DNA of 64,000 nt from Lingula anatina (GCA_051362555.1 CM120641.1:45762401-45826400); one strand, 5' to 3'; shown: positions 1 through 17,328, numbered from the stretch's first letter. The notes: generated from the sequence alone by a model not told the origin. Numbers and translations are program-made.

Positions 1-16
1 TTCTTATTCTTTTTGA

Positions 17-3413
<3,397 letters not shown>

Positions 3414-3882
3414 TGGTTTTCACTTCAACCCTAGCTAGATGACTGGTCTTGACTAGATCTAAGAACTTTTTGAAGATTTCTTTTTACGAGTGTCACAGTT
3501 AAACTTAAATGTTTTGCAATGTTTATGATAACTGGAATGATGTGTCATAGCAAATATTTTTTTGTTGACAGAGGACTATTATTAGTACTTGATGATGACA
3601 AAGTGGAAATTGGGAAATCTTCAACTTTTTCTAACATTATTTCTGAAATTCCTTTCTGTTTCAATTATTCATTCCACTAAGATGTTTCTTCAAGGTAATT
3701 TGCAGAATTTGTTTAGGCATTTTACACCATTGCAAATGCTCTAGCATTTAACATCTAACATAACAAGAGAGCATTCTGCCAAGGATTGGCAAGAGCATGT
3801 GGCAAGGATTGGTTAAGTAGGGAACAAGGTTAGATATATTTGTGAAAACATAAGGAATGTGAACTGTTACTGGCCTTATCAC

Positions 3883-3888
3883 AATAAA
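3883..3888 (+). terminator. candidate polyadenylation signal of PSMC4
   Basis: First AATAAA I found after the stop codon, about 470 nt downstream. Confidence 0.5.
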
Positions 3889-3990
3889 AGAAGATTGGTC
3901 ATACCAGTTGTACAGTTTGCATAATTATTTATATTCAACTATTCAACATATGCTTTAACAACACTATGAACAAAAAATAGTTACGGTTAA

Positions 3991-4153
3991 AGGGGGATGT
4001 TACTTTCTGGTCCCTAAAAATGAACAAAATGATTTCATGTCCTTTACAGTTATTTTCCTTAAGGGATCGAATTGTTCATAAATTAGCTGCTAATGATTAG
4101 AAATTATCGTTTCATTAATTTTTAGGCCTTAGAAAATGGACAGATGTCCCCCT
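3991..4153. mobile_element. Kolobok-like MITE (TTAA target)
   Basis: TTAA|AGGGGGATGT ... ATGTCCCCCT|TTAA; the imperfect inverted repeat continues inward (tttctggtccctaaaaatgaa vs ttaatttttaggccttagaaa). Confidence 0.6.
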
Positions 4154-5129
4154 TTAAAAAACCTGATCATTCAGAGATGTGGTCAAATGTTATGAGATGT
4201 GATTATGCTGGTGATTTGATATTTTCCTTGCATATATGATGTGGCTGTTCTGAGTTTTTTTTCTAAATCTGATTTTTCTTTTCTTTTTTTTTTTTTTTTG
4301 GAGTTTGAACTATATAACAATGTACTTATGACCCTTATTTCAAATTTTAAGTCATTTGATATTGAAAAAAAAATCAGATAAAAAAAAATTTGAATTACAT
4401 TAAGATGTAAATTATCCAACCACAATTCCATCTTATTGCTCTGTTATAATATTACGTGAGCTTAATGAAAACTCTGAAAAGAAACTTAAAATCTTGTTTA
4501 CAAGGTCTTTTAATTTATAACCAGGTGCCCAAAAATGTTACTATTTAACGGATGGGGGAGAGAGGGGGTGCAAAATTTTTTACTGTGTTTATTGATAATT
4601 GATATTGGATTTAATTCAGTGGGTGGCTAATTGTTTTGGAGCAATATCCATTTTTTTCAAATGCAAGCCTGTCATTCAGTTTGGAAAAAAGTTAGCCTCT
4701 GATGTTCTATAAGTGATTTCTTTAACTGTTATTTTGCTTTTGTCTGTGTATGATTAAAAAAATGCCAGTTTGGAAATATCATATTCCAAACTCGCCCATT
4801 TTAAAAAGAAACAGTACAGAGATTAGCGATTAGAGAATGAATGTTTGATTTGACCTAGATAAATGATTTATTGGCAACAATTTCGGTGATGTTGAGGTAC
4901 ACAGACCATGCGTTCTACATCATACCCTGTGAGTTAAACTGAAAAAAAAGTTGGGTGAAATTTGCAATAAATTATGGCCCTTGATTTTGCACCAAGCCCA
5001 GGATAGGTGCTTTAGATTATTATTTTAACGTTAGTCATTTTCATATCGATAAAAACTACTACTCGGTTTGAACAATGTTAACCTTCCAAATTGTTTACTT
5101 TTTTAAAAGTGTATTAGTGTTGGTAATAG

Positions 5130-5610
5130 TATTATCCAATCAGAATGTTGCTACATCGTAAGTGCCCCGCTCGGCACGTTGATGATGTCTGTTCGTCTCG
5201 CTGCACAACATCGGCAGTTGCGAAGCGAACAGATTGAAATTAAGTGTGTACATAACTCGATGTTCTAACACTGACATGACCTAAAAAACAACAGTCGAAG
5301 AGCGTAGAACCAGCAGATTACGCTGCCATATTGTCATGGTTGTAGGCGAGTGCGAAACACGCTAATAATACTCGGGTAGGTGTAGAGCCTCGAACGCTGC
5401 GTCGTCCCTCTTCCCCTAACTAGCACAAGTTCTAAAGTTACGTTGAAGTTTACACACCGCCTTTGCTTAACTTGCCCCAAGTCTTTGCGTAATCCCTTTA
5501 TGCAGACATGTGCAGTCCTACTTTTTGTATGTTTGAATAAGAACATGCGATGACCCCATTTTTTTTCAGATGCATTATATTACTTAGGGGCACATGCGAA
5601 CTGAGAGGGG
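5130..5610 (+). promoter_or_regulatory. CpG-enriched putative distal promoter/5'UTR of the trh/NPAS gene
   Basis: Local excess of CpG in a CpG-poor background, CCAAT near 5136, YY1-like GCTGCCATATTG near 5322; ends in an ATG-initiated exon with a GTAAGT donor. Confidence 0.45.
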
Positions 5611-5663
5611 ATGCAGCAACCGATACCATCGGCCCCCGGCATCAGCAACACGGGGCCACCGCG
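5611..5663 (+). CDS. NPAS3: candidate alternative first coding exon 1a of trh/NPAS1/3 (MQQPIPSAPGISNTGPP-R)
   Basis: ATG at 5611, 17 codons + 2 nt, CCGCG|GTAAGT donor; phase 2 joins the bHLH exon at 49005 in frame. Confidence 0.6.
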
Positions 5664-8600
5664 GTAAGTGATTTCACTGCCTTAACTAGCCGGCGGCCTT
5701 TTAACAAAAGATGACCACGGCTGCGTGAAATTAATAGGTTATTGCCCTCTAATGTGTTTGTTACCCGCTACAGGTAACTGCCTTACCTTAAGGCTTGTTT
5801 CTTTCCATACTTCAGACTACTTTCTGTTATTAGAGGCCCATGAAAGGGGTGCTTGTGGGGGTAAAAGGCATGTGCAACAAACCTTGGGTAGTTATATGTC
5901 TCATGACATCTGAAAGTTTTATGTCATAGGTCTAATCATATTAAAATTTTGGTTTTAATTTTAATTTTATTTTTTAGTCTTCACCATGCATTTGTTAAAA
6001 TGTCAACTTAAAGTTACATGTATTGTTCTAATTTCTCCGTTTATTGGGTTAACTATATTTCATGACCTGTCATGCATTCAGACATAAGAATTTGATTAGT
6101 GTTCAACATGTTTTCAGGGTAATTGGTAATAAAAGAATGAATCCACTGGTTTTGTAGGGAATGTTTTTTATTTGTCCTTATCGTTTGCATTTATCCTTAT
6201 CCTATACAGCACAGTTATCTTTTTTATCCTTTGGAGAAGGTGGCAAGTTGATATCACTTGCCATTAATGTATACTTGCCAGTTTGAAGATATGATTATGT
6301 GGACTGGGTAGACAATTGTATGGTTGTCAAAAACAATTGTCTCTTCATAGAAAAAAGGGTTTTATGTATAATTATATTGGTACTTATATCACATTTGTTT
6401 GCAGGCTTTTCTAAAATTGTGTGCATAGCCAAACCATGTCAACATCTAGTTATTCAACAAGGAAACAATACTGTTATCATAATGTAATATATATGTTTGA
6501 TGAACTCACACATGTAGACTCAGCTGAATGTTTTGATATAACTGCTTAACACATCTGGAGGCTCAGTCTTCAGGGGAAAAACATACCAGTGTATTTTTGT
6601 ATTTCATATGTGTCAGTGTGTGTGAATGCGTGTGTGTGTGTGTGTTTAACTTACTACGATGACATAAAAAGGAAGGCTGCTGGTAATCCAAATTTTATTT
6701 TAATATGGCATAAAGTTATGTGAGAAATGATTTTTTTCATTCAAAGGGTACCTATCTCAGAACAGCACTTCTGTATAATACACAGTCTTTGATGTATCCA
6801 TGGTTTGTTCTATTTGTCTACACAAAATGGTAATATATATATATATATATTTGTGCTAGGTTGATAAATGTTTAAAAAGGTTATAATCAAATGTCCCTGT
6901 GCTCTTGACTGAACTCCCATTTTTGCTGTGTTATTTGATATATTTCAATTTAAAATTAGAAGATATCTCGGCATTAAACAAGACACCAACGTTGACCCCA
7001 GCTGTTACATAACTGAGTAATTATTGTTAGTTGTAACAGAGTTTTAAATACTTGTTAATGAAACAGAAGCATATGTTCTAATCTGCAATTGTTCACAATA
7101 ACATATTAAATTTTTAATGTCTTATTTTAATTTATGTATTTGAGATAAAATTAGTGACACAGTTGTAATTTAGCAGCAGTTTTAGAAAACTTTATACTAA
7201 CATTTTGATCTAAACAGATGAAGTTTTCCAAATTAAACAATATTTAAGTAGTAGAATATCAGGAAAACAAGGGAATAGACTTTTTGGCTTGGTAATTTGT
7301 AAAAAAAGGTATTAAAAGCAGTATTGTATAGATAAAAAGTCCCATGCTTGTTGAGCATGACATTATTCCCATTAACTCACAGGTTAAAAAATGAAAACTT
7401 CAAAGTAGACATACTATTATATATTAATCAAGTTGAACAGGACAGAAAAATAATAATTTGTTTTGTTCATGCTGTAATCTTCAAATCCAATTAAACCAAA
7501 AATGAATAAACTAGTCAAGTAATGAATGGGTGTATAGTAACAGCAAAGCCCATTTGTAAAGAAATTATTTATAGTACAAATTCGTAGAGCTTTTATATGT
7601 AGTTGTGTAAATGTGGGAAGAATACAGGGAATTTACACGTGTAGATGGCAAGCATTCACCACAAACAAATTTTCTGTACACGGGATCTAAGTGTATCTTG
7701 GTGTTCCACCCCTATCATTTGCCGTGTACATATAGAGTTCACTGTAAAACCATTAGATACAAAAAGTAGTAATGAACATTTAGTATACTTGCTAAAAAAA
7801 TGTAAAAAAAAAAAAAAAAAAAGATTTCAGGGATTAAACACAATAGGACAAGAACTGAGGCCAGATATGTTTGCAAGAATAAAGATATGTACACATGTAT
7901 ATAAATTGCTGGGTTAAATGCATACTTTATTCGCAGACTAAAATAACTCAGAAATAAACCGTTATATTTTAATAAATGTCCACTGCATGTTGCATTTTGC
8001 CATTGCTTTGGCACATAGAAATTTGGTCTCCATGGCATTTGTAGAGGTTGGAAGGTTTTGATTACTAAAAAAAATCCATTTTAATTTATTAAGTCACCAA
8101 CCATATAGTTTTATGGTGGTGCCTTTAGCACATAGGAATGTGGACTTGATACTTCATTGGTAACTTCCCTGTGACACTAATTTGAAACGGCATAGTTATT
8201 AATAAGTGTTTATATGTTGAATGATCAGAGTATAGTTGTGTTCTTCTGAGGCTTGTCATTCATAACGTTATCATGATTGCAGGAGAAGAAAGCAGACTGA
8301 ATGAAAATAATAATAAAAAAATAACATGTATAGTAGAAGCCACATTATTCAGATGCTTTGGGACTAGGAAATTTATTCACGTTACGCAAGGGTTGGAGTA
8401 ATTCAGTATTAATAAAAGTTTCAGCTAATGCTCTAGAGAAAAAAAAAAGCTGTACCACAGTATTTGTTGGAGATAAACAATGATTGGAGCTATAGGGTGA
8501 CAAGTAATGTAGAGTCTGCTGATCTGGTGCCTGGATACCATTGAATGATAAAAAACATAGGATGAAATACACCTAAATGTAGATGTTTTAGTATCAGTTT

Positions 8601-9611
8601 GTAACCCTAGCAGCCCAAGTCACACATCAACTCAAGTTCAATTGTAAAGAAGCACAACATATGTCAATGAACATGTACGTTGCACGGGTGAAGTCTCGTC
8701 TGAAATGTGTATGTTTTAATGTCTGCCAGGCACATGTGCACAGTGTAGTTTATGTTACAACCTATATGTGTTTCCCTGCATGTGATGATTTATATGAATA
8801 ACATGTGGGAAGTCTTTTTAGGTCACAGTCTGTTATGCAATCTGCTATAATTCAGTGCAGCATGAAAGCACCTGTTCCATGCATATAGCACCTCCCTGCT
8901 AATCACTGTATATCGTAGTAATTTTTGTAATTAGAGAGTGTGGCAGTAAGGTGAAGAAATAAAGTCAAGTACTATTCACAGCTGATGGTGCAGATATTGA
9001 ACTGGCTGTGACATTTAGCATTTGATTTGTCTTAGTTTTATTTCAAATTGTCACGCAGATTATGCTTTATTATTCTGTTTGCAGAATAAGATACTTGATT
9101 GTGTTAGAATTAAGTTTTTTTTAGTTTTTTTGATTGATGGCATTCGCAGAATATAGGGATATACAGTTAAATAAAATTAATAAAATATAAGTAAAATATA
9201 AGTTAACATTATTTTTAAACATTTTCACACGTGAATTTTAACCATTGATGTATACTTCTATCCAAAGGATTATCCCAGAGTCCATATTTTTTTTATCCTT
9301 AAATTTTTATTTCTTAAATAACAGTATAGTTGGACTTAAAAGTTTGAATAGTCCGCAACAAAGACAACACAATGTCAACATGTCTTTTCCACCCTTTGAT
9401 ATAAGAGTTATAATAATTATTGTTTTTGCTGTTGTTGTTGTTATTATTATTATTATTATTATTAGATTAAAACGTTTTTTCAAGTTACGTCTTCAGTTAA
9501 TGACTATGTTTATGATGTACTGTACAGATCTTAGATCTGTCTTGGGCTCCGTTCACATGGAAAATCTATTTTCTAAAAATCTAAAATCTTTTTTCGGTAT
9601 CTTGTGATCAC

Positions 9612-9732
9612 GGTCTGTGCCCTGGATACCCCGCGGCATAATTAATGGCAGCGCAGAGAATTAATTACAGCTTTGGAAGTAACTGGCTCGCGCTGCCCGT
9701 AATTACGCCGTGGGGTATTCAAGGCACAGACC
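9612..9732. repeat. 121-bp imperfect palindrome (about 43-bp arms), MITE-like or hairpin RNA
   Basis: ggtctgtgccctggataccccgcggcataattaatggcagcgc is the near reverse complement of gcgctgcccgtaattacgccgtggggtattcaaggcacagacc. Confidence 0.75.
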
Positions 9733-9861
9733 TAATGTTGACTATTATTAAAGAATTGAAAAAAATAGGGGATCTGAGTAGATATCTGTAGGCAGTGTAG
9801 AATCTAGATGGACTGGGGATATTTTTACAGAAAAAAATTGAGGTTGAAGGTTGATCCTTCA

Positions 9862-10027
9862 TAGGCCCGTAGCCAGCTAATTCAAAAGGAGGTTCTTTTT
9901 CTGAAAAAGTGGACCTTTTACTATGAAATCTTCCTGTACCTAGATAAAATTTTACCCAGAGGGGACCTTTTCCCGACAAAAAGGGGAGTTCTTTTGAACC
10001 CCCCAACCCCCCCTGGCTATGGGCCTG
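9862..10027 (+). mobile_element. MITE family A copy 1 (TIR about CAGGCCCGTAGCCAG)
   Basis: taggcccgtagccag ... ctggctatgggcctg; shared core ctgaaaaagtggacctttta also in the copies at 17731, 28850 and 43340. Confidence 0.75.
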
Positions 10028-11757
10028 CTTTATGTGCCATTTTTTAAACTTTGAAAGAAAATTTTATGATAAGTGCATCTTGTACATCAGTGACCTCTGT
10101 TGGCATTGTTTCAGTGGAGAGCAGGTTTCACAACAGTCCTCAACCAGTCGTAAATTAAATTAGACACCTGCATTATATAAAGAAAGACGTTGCTTATTTA
10201 GAACAATTATTACTCAGTGGACAAGTTTAACAGAGACAATTTGGTAATGTTCTTGGGCTGTTTTTAAAAGTTATTTAATATTCAAAGTTTGTCTTAATTT
10301 TAAAATCCCCCAAAATGGGCTTGCTTAAATTTAGGATAAATCTGTTAATAGTTCACCAGAACAAGTAAAATAATTGGCCTTAATGTAAGACATTTATTCC
10401 TTTTTACTTATAAGTAGGGGATCACACTTTAGTGATTCATCTCAGGTCAAAGTAGGCTAGTTAAAAGTTAAGACTGACTTTCCACTAGTTCATTTGTAAC
10501 ACCAGCCCAGTGAAGACTTCAGATGCTCTGTCTTTTGAAGTTATAAGACTACAATGCATCTGTTATGCTAACTAGATAGGATCCCAATGTTTACCATACC
10601 TAGTCATTCCATAAAGCACCAATAAGGAAGAGGGGGGGGGGGGGGGGGGGGGGGCGGGGGGGCAACTGACCCCTTCCAAGGATTGGGCAGTTAAAGTGAG
10701 TTAGCTGGAAAGGGATGACTTGCTTTCTGGTTTAAATTGCAAAGCCAGTTATGGAAATGATGGGATGGGTTCCAAAACTAAAATAAAAAAAGTGCAGTCA
10801 CATTAAGTAGTTTTTTTAATGGTCACACTTTTCAAAGGGAGAAAGGGTGGAAGGATTGGTGATATCAATCTTTGAGACCACTAAAGGATTGCGGAATCTC
10901 TGCTGCTTATTTTACAAATGTGTTCCAGGCATAGGGCATGTTTGTCTTCTTAACTTAATAACTGGTAGCTGGAAAAAAGAAAAAAAAAATACTGCTGATG
11001 GTTTAACAGTTAAAATAATGTAATGAATCCCATAATGTTTCAAGAGCTCCGGACTGCTTTATTTAAATACAACTCTATTTATTTGTAAAAATCAGCATTA
11101 GACTATTTTCATTGTGACTATACAGTCATCATATTGATTTATAAATCTGATCAAGCTTCTTTTCCGACTCCTCTCCCTGAAAATGGTACAGGCCACCTAA
11201 GCCATGGATGGCACAAGCCTGCGATCATTATGAATGTACTCTGGAGGAATTTTCGACAGTTTCTACCCTAAAGCTATACAATAAACGTATGGTTAGAAGA
11301 GACACCAGGCTAGATATTAAAAACTCCATCCGCTAATGGCATGTTTGTTCATTTGCAGTGCCTGGAGGCCTGCAGGTCGGACCCTAGTCATTCACTACCA
11401 GAGGAAATATAAAGATTTAACAAGGCTTTAATATCCTATGTATTCTAATAAGGTGACAAGTAGAGACCGGAAATGCTCATCTTAAAGCACTCCTCAGGTG
11501 TTTGTTAAGACAGCTTTGCTTTTAAGTTAGGGAGACTTGTAAGTCAGTGAAGATAAGTTATATAAAGAAATGTAATATTCAACCTGTGTGACTGACTTCA
11601 TCACTCCGTAACTTATGAATGGGATGTGTAGCGAGTTGGAACATACCTGCATTCTCGTAGTGAGTGGCTTGGCCACAGAATTCTTCTTCATCACCTCCAG
11701 TACCTAGATCTTCTGTAATGTTTACTACTGTTGCGGTCAAGTGGTATTAGAGGCTTG

Positions 11758-11873
11758 ATGGACGGTTGGTACCCCACCATGGCCAGTGAATGGCTGACCA
11801 GGCCCGGGACAAATGTCAACCTGAACACGATGAGTCCTGAGATGATGTTCCAGGACGAGTATGCACCATGCAG
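11758..11873 (+). CDS. NPAS3: candidate first coding exon 1b of trh/NPAS1/3 (MDGWYPTMASEWLTRPGTNVNLNTMSPEMMFQDEYAPC-S)
   Basis: In-frame TAA at 11716, ATG at 11758, 38 codons + 2 nt of GC-richer coding-like sequence, CAG|GTAATT donor; phase 2 joins 49005 in frame. Confidence 0.7.
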
Positions 11874-13124
11874 GTAATTTTGTTTTTTTTTTTTCCAAAA
11901 AGTCAGTTTGAGAATTTGATAAGCTGTATGAATGATATTTTATATGTGTGTATAAGGGTATTAATCATAGTGAATGAGATACTACCAGTGAGTGCATTAA
12001 TTATCGTGAGCAGTATTTATTTAAGTGTGATATAAAATATTAACTGTTAACTGATGTGCTATAGAACTAGCTCCCCCCCCCCCCTTTCTTCTTGTGATTT
12101 TGAACAGATGTAGATGACATTATTACTAGTAATCTTTTTGTTCATGAGGACATTATGAATAGTTTTTATGGAGAATTTTTAATGTGTTTCCAGTATCACG
12201 AGGTAAGGCTAAAGACCCCCCCCCCTAATATTTTCAACTTACGGCACCATTTCACCTTGCGGCCTGTGTATCGTCATCAAAGGTGTTAACTTGCATATGT
12301 AGTTTGCATTATAGCACCTAATGGGTTGTAACCATTAAAAACCAGTTTAATTTTTAAAAAGGTGATATATGTGAGAGAATGTGGCACCCTTCCTGGTAAG
12401 GCAGTTAAAAAAGTTTCTTGTGGTCTCATCGACCATTTCATTACTGTTTGCTCAGTTTTACATCTTGCCTGTAGCATAGGCATTTGAAAGTCAAAATTAT
12501 TGTCACTAATGTAAATCTAAAAACACTTGAAGGTTATTACTTTACTTTCATGGTTCCATTTTGATTGCTTTACATTAACTTCTTTGTGGGAAGGTAGCCG
12601 AGTTTTACGCTGAAGTCAAAGTTCATTAAAAGAAAATTTACAGACAGTTACCAATTTCTCAGTCTGCTTGTCCTTTCCTCTTTGTACTGATTTTATTTAT
12701 TATTTCTCTTTTTTTCCTGGCCTCAAGGGAGGTCCTTTGTACATACATAATGAATTAGTTGATTTGAGATGTTTATAATTTACGAATTATTAGTCACTCT
12801 AAAAAAAAAAAAAGATAAATAAATGAATAACAAGTCTGTGGCCAAAATGACATGAAGATGAAGGTGCTGAAAGTGAAAAAAGCATCATTCCCAATGAGAG
12901 GCTCATGTACACCTAAAAAAACTGTACGCAGTCCTTTTTCTTTTACTTGAATACCTGTCTTTTAAAGCTTAATAAACATGGTCACTTACTTGAAAGGCTT
13001 AAGCAATCCAATTATTGAAAAAGATGACGACCAGTGCAGGTTTGAGACCTTAAACATAAACTTCACTACAGTTAGTAAAAAATGCTGAATACAATCTTGC
13101 AGCAGGGTCTCAATGTGTGAAGTA

Positions 13125-13270
13125 CAGGGGCCGTTGCAATGGTCTGAAGGTTCATTGGTCGGAATGTTCACTATAGAACCTTCGAACCAATGAACCCTTG
13201 ATTAAAAAATTGATGAAAAAATATCACCATTTATGGACCAATGAACCTTTGGTCTATCAATGCACCCCTG
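13125..13270. mobile_element. palindromic MITE, unclassified
   Basis: Ends cagggg...cccctg; internal inverted units aaggttcattggtc vs gaccaatgaacc(t). Confidence 0.55.
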
Positions 13271-16200
13271 ATATACATAAAAGCTGGATACTCTGAAAGT
13301 AGACTCTGCCTGTAAAGTGGCATTTTGTTCAAAATGTATGTTTGGGAAGGAATGTGATTGACCTTTTTGTAATTGGTTATCAGCAGTGTGAATAGATAGA
13401 TGCCTTATTGGTTATTTTCATATTTGTGAGAAAATTTAGTAAAAAACTCTTTCCTTTGTGCATTTCAAAGAAAAGGTAAAAATATAGCATTAGGGATAAA
13501 GTGTCAGTACCATTTAAAGTTATTTATAGGTTTGTTATTATTTAATTAAGTAGCTCAAAGTTTGGCCAAATCAATTTGTTATATGAAGCAGTTACGTGAT
13601 AAATGACAAAACATTTTATATTCTATGGCTGATTTACATGGAAGTCCTGTTGTAATAGTTTTTTTTCTTGTTTTAGGTGTTTGAAAATTTTGTTTTTCTT
13701 TCTTAATGGTAAGATTGCTTCAATTGGCAGCGATGTAAAGGAGTCTAGAATAGATTGGTAGAATATACCTTTAGTCAAAATCTTTACACAACCAAAAAAC
13801 TTTTTTTCTTCATATGAGGGTTTTTGATTGTACGAGTGAGATGTGCATCAGTTAACATACTGTGGGACAGTTGTCATAGTTTTGTAAAGTTTCCTTGTTT
13901 ATAATGAGAAAAAAAAAACAAAAAAACATGCGCATAAGACTTAATCTTACCACTCAAACTTAAATTTAATAATAATTGGTCATAGTTCTCTTTGTTTATC
14001 AAGAATATTAGAATTACAAGCACACTTAGTCTTTTGTCTCTCAAACCCAATCAAAGTAATCTTGCCCATATTTCTCTGATTTATCATACAGATAAAGTAC
14101 ACTCAAACCAAACCTTCAGTCTCTCAATAATGTTGGTCATAATAAGCCAGTGGGCATGTCACCTGTGTTAGTCCCTCTGCTGTGACAGCACTAACATAGC
14201 AGCCAACAGGTTTTCAGGGGCTGTTTCCACAATAGAGCTTTAGACCGTAGGTTAAGTCTCAACTTTTAGATCAAAAATGTTTAGTCTACTTTTACCCTAG
14301 GTGAATCTGAGTAGTCAACCTATTAGTAAATGAAATACTGTTTCTGTTGGAAAAAAAAGTGGGAAATGATTTAGACCAACATTTACTTCTTTTAAGAAGA
14401 CTGCTACAGATTTATGCTGAGCTGGATATTTTCTGTGTGTTTTGAACAACTTTCAGTCTGAAGTTCTTGTGTGAAACTTTTGTGGCACTTGTGCCTAATC
14501 AACACCTTATTACAGAATCCCCACTGCGTTGATGATAAAACCACAGGTAAGACAAATCATTGTGTTCCATCCGTCATCAAAAACTAGAGCCTCAATTTTA
14601 TAGTTTTTTCTTCTTGTCTGATATTGAAAACCTGAAAAAAAGAAGATCTAAAGAAGAGGTATTTCAGTTATGTACGTGTGGAAATTTAAGTACTAGTACT
14701 GAAATATGTATGGATATTTACATATGCTGTAATAAAAGATAACCAGCATATCTTGATAGTAATTAGTGTTTCTTTAGTGTCTCACTAAAGAATGCATTGA
14801 TGAATGCAACTTCCTGAAAATAAAATTATTAACTACAAAATGTGCATTAATAGAGAAAACTAAAAGAAAGTATATTTGTAATGCAAAGCATGAAAGTTGA
14901 CATGAAATTATGAATAAATTTGTAGATGGCTCGTTTCTTTTTATGATAACTTAGTAGATACTTACTCACGTTGGACATTAAATTATAGATAAGAATCTTA
15001 ATTCATTTTCAAGCTACAAAATTTTCTGCTTGATGCATATTGGACGTGACTATTTTCTTCAGACCTTTTAGAATCTTGCTTGAAAGGTCCTGAGCATTTT
15101 GGAACAACCATAACCCGTTATTCTGTATTTGTTTTACTTGTAAAAAAAAAAAAAAAAAAAGGTTCAAAAGTAAATTCTGACATTCAAGAATTGCATGGTC
15201 TAGAGAACCAAATGACTACAGGTGAAAAGAAACCTGACAGAATTTTATGACCACCATCTGTGAATATCAGACACTTGTTGTTTACGGTCTCTCTATTCAA
15301 ACCTGGTTATGTCATGGAGGATGCGTCATGTTATGTATAAAATATTCAGCTCTAGTTGTAAGTATACAGATTATTTTCATCATGTAGATTGTTGGAGACC
15401 TAGGTTGATTTAACCAAGCTGCGTTGGCATGCTGAGACCTATTAATTCATATTTACTTCACACAGTCGGTGATTTTTTACCTTTTTTCGACTTGGGTAGC
15501 AGTTACCATTCTGTATGCTCTAACACACACTTGTTACGTCAGGGTACACAAGACAATTTTACAGTGTGTTCTTTCTAGGTCCTTGCAGTGAAAAATGAGT
15601 TCACTTTTTCAAATGCTGCTTTCGAGACCATTTGTTTTAAATTGCATTTTTCAAATATTTTAAATATAATTGAAAAATTGGGAGCATTGATGAATTTCAT
15701 TGACCACTGATTTGTAGCATGTAAATAAAAAAAAATTATGTAAGAATTTACTTTAATGGCAAGGCCATAAAATTGAAAAGGAGGAGAAAAAACATGAATT
15801 TGTAGAACTTGGAAGAAATGTTATTTTCAAATCTCATGATTCTTTTAGTTAACCAGTTAAAGTCGGATGATGTGTCTAGTGGGTTCTGAAGACTATGTAA
15901 CCAGCTGCTCCCTTAACATGTAGTTTGTATTCAATTGATCCTGTGCAGCCCGTTGATGCAATGAGGGATGACAGGCTGTTTTATTTTGATTTAATACTGC
16001 TGCTCCCCACATGCATATAACCTCAGCAAAATTGAATTAGCTGAATGTCAAGTGTCGGGAATGATGAAATTTCCAAATCATTTGAAAGAAATATTTGTGC
16101 AGGCTGTTAAGTTTTCATTTCTCCACAGCAAAGCTGATGTGGCAGGGAACATGGCTTGGCATGGATATAACAAAGTTACCTCCAATTTGGTTAGCTTTTG

Positions 16201-17096
16201 GCCCAAAAGGTCAGTTTTTATTAATCCAAAATGAGCTTCCAAATAAAATAACTGCCGCTGATCAGCAGCTTGGGTGTCATTAGCCCCTGGGGAGTGGGAC
16301 TGGAAGTGGGTTAGAAGTCATGAATGATTTATGAAGTGATAGTCATGATGCTGATGACACTTCCATGTTAGAACCTTTGTTTACAGATCAGTTTACCTAT
16401 TTGTCATGGTCAATTTACTCTCAGACTTATGCTGCTTCGCCCCAATATTCTGTATTTTTAGGCAGTGCTCAAAAGTTTTAGCAGGGTACCACTGATTTGG
16501 TTTGATAATTTCAGCAGAAATGATCATAAAAGGTGGAACTGTAAAGAAAGTTTAGCGTGCATTCTTTGAGAAATGTAACACCCTCAATGTGAAAAGTTTG
16601 ACTGTGAGTCATTTAAAGAATTGTGTCAGCCATACACTGTGTATGAAACTCTCACCCTTTCTTGTTTTTAGGGAAAACATCAACAGACTGAGTAAATTTC
16701 AGAGAGTTGAGTAAATCAGTCAATGTTGTACAGTAACAGCTTAGTTTTTCTCTAACATGAATTGGAAACATTTAGGTCAGAAAAGATCAAGAATGATTCG
16801 AGAAAAGGTTGCCTGCTATTGGCAAATGGAGCCTTTCACTATGCACATTCTTCTTATCATGTTACAATGAAATTTTTTGTTTCTGGTAATAAAGATTTTT
16901 TTGAGTGGACCTCTCTTTTAATTAGGACATAGTGGTATTTAGTTTAATTTTAGTGAGAAAATGTGTCTCAGTCTTTGGAATCAAGATCAAATCAAATGGC
17001 ACTAAGCCCTTTTCTTCTTCTGAGAGGTGGGATGGGGTATCCGTCCCTATCTGGATGGGGGGGGGGGCTTGAATGTCCCCCTTTATAGAACTCAAA

Positions 17097-17328
17097 GGGT
17101 GCGTTCACAGGGAATTAGCCTATTAGCTACTGCTCTAACTCCATGGGAACTCTTGCTGAATGCAATCAGATTAACAGACTAACAGTTGCTTCCTGGCAAT
17201 GAGTAGATAATACAGAAAAGCTGGTGTTTATATGAGTATGTTGGAAACAAGAAGTGTGTTGATCAATGCGAGTCCCCATGGAGTTAATACGCTGTAGTTA
17301 GAACGATAGACTCAATGTGAATGCACCC
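17097..17328 (+). mobile_element. PIF/Harbinger-like MITE family B copy 1
   Basis: TIR gggtgcgttcaca ... tgtgaatgcaccc; core atacagaaaagctggtg...ttggaaacaag shared with the copies at 31330 and 54351. Confidence 0.7.

Noticed and set aside
5145-5163. ATG...ATC|GTAAGT possible first exon
   Set aside because: Phase 1, out of frame with the bHLH exon; kept as a reminder that such pairs arise by chance.
5188-5233. Short hairpin tctgttcg...cgaacaga in the promoter block
   Set aside because: Only an 8-bp perfect stem; no tRNA or snRNA hallmarks.
14516-14546. 31-nt exon-like segment with strong CAG|GTAAGA donor
   Set aside because: It would frameshift the gene; it could be non-coding or a poison exon, but nothing else supports it.
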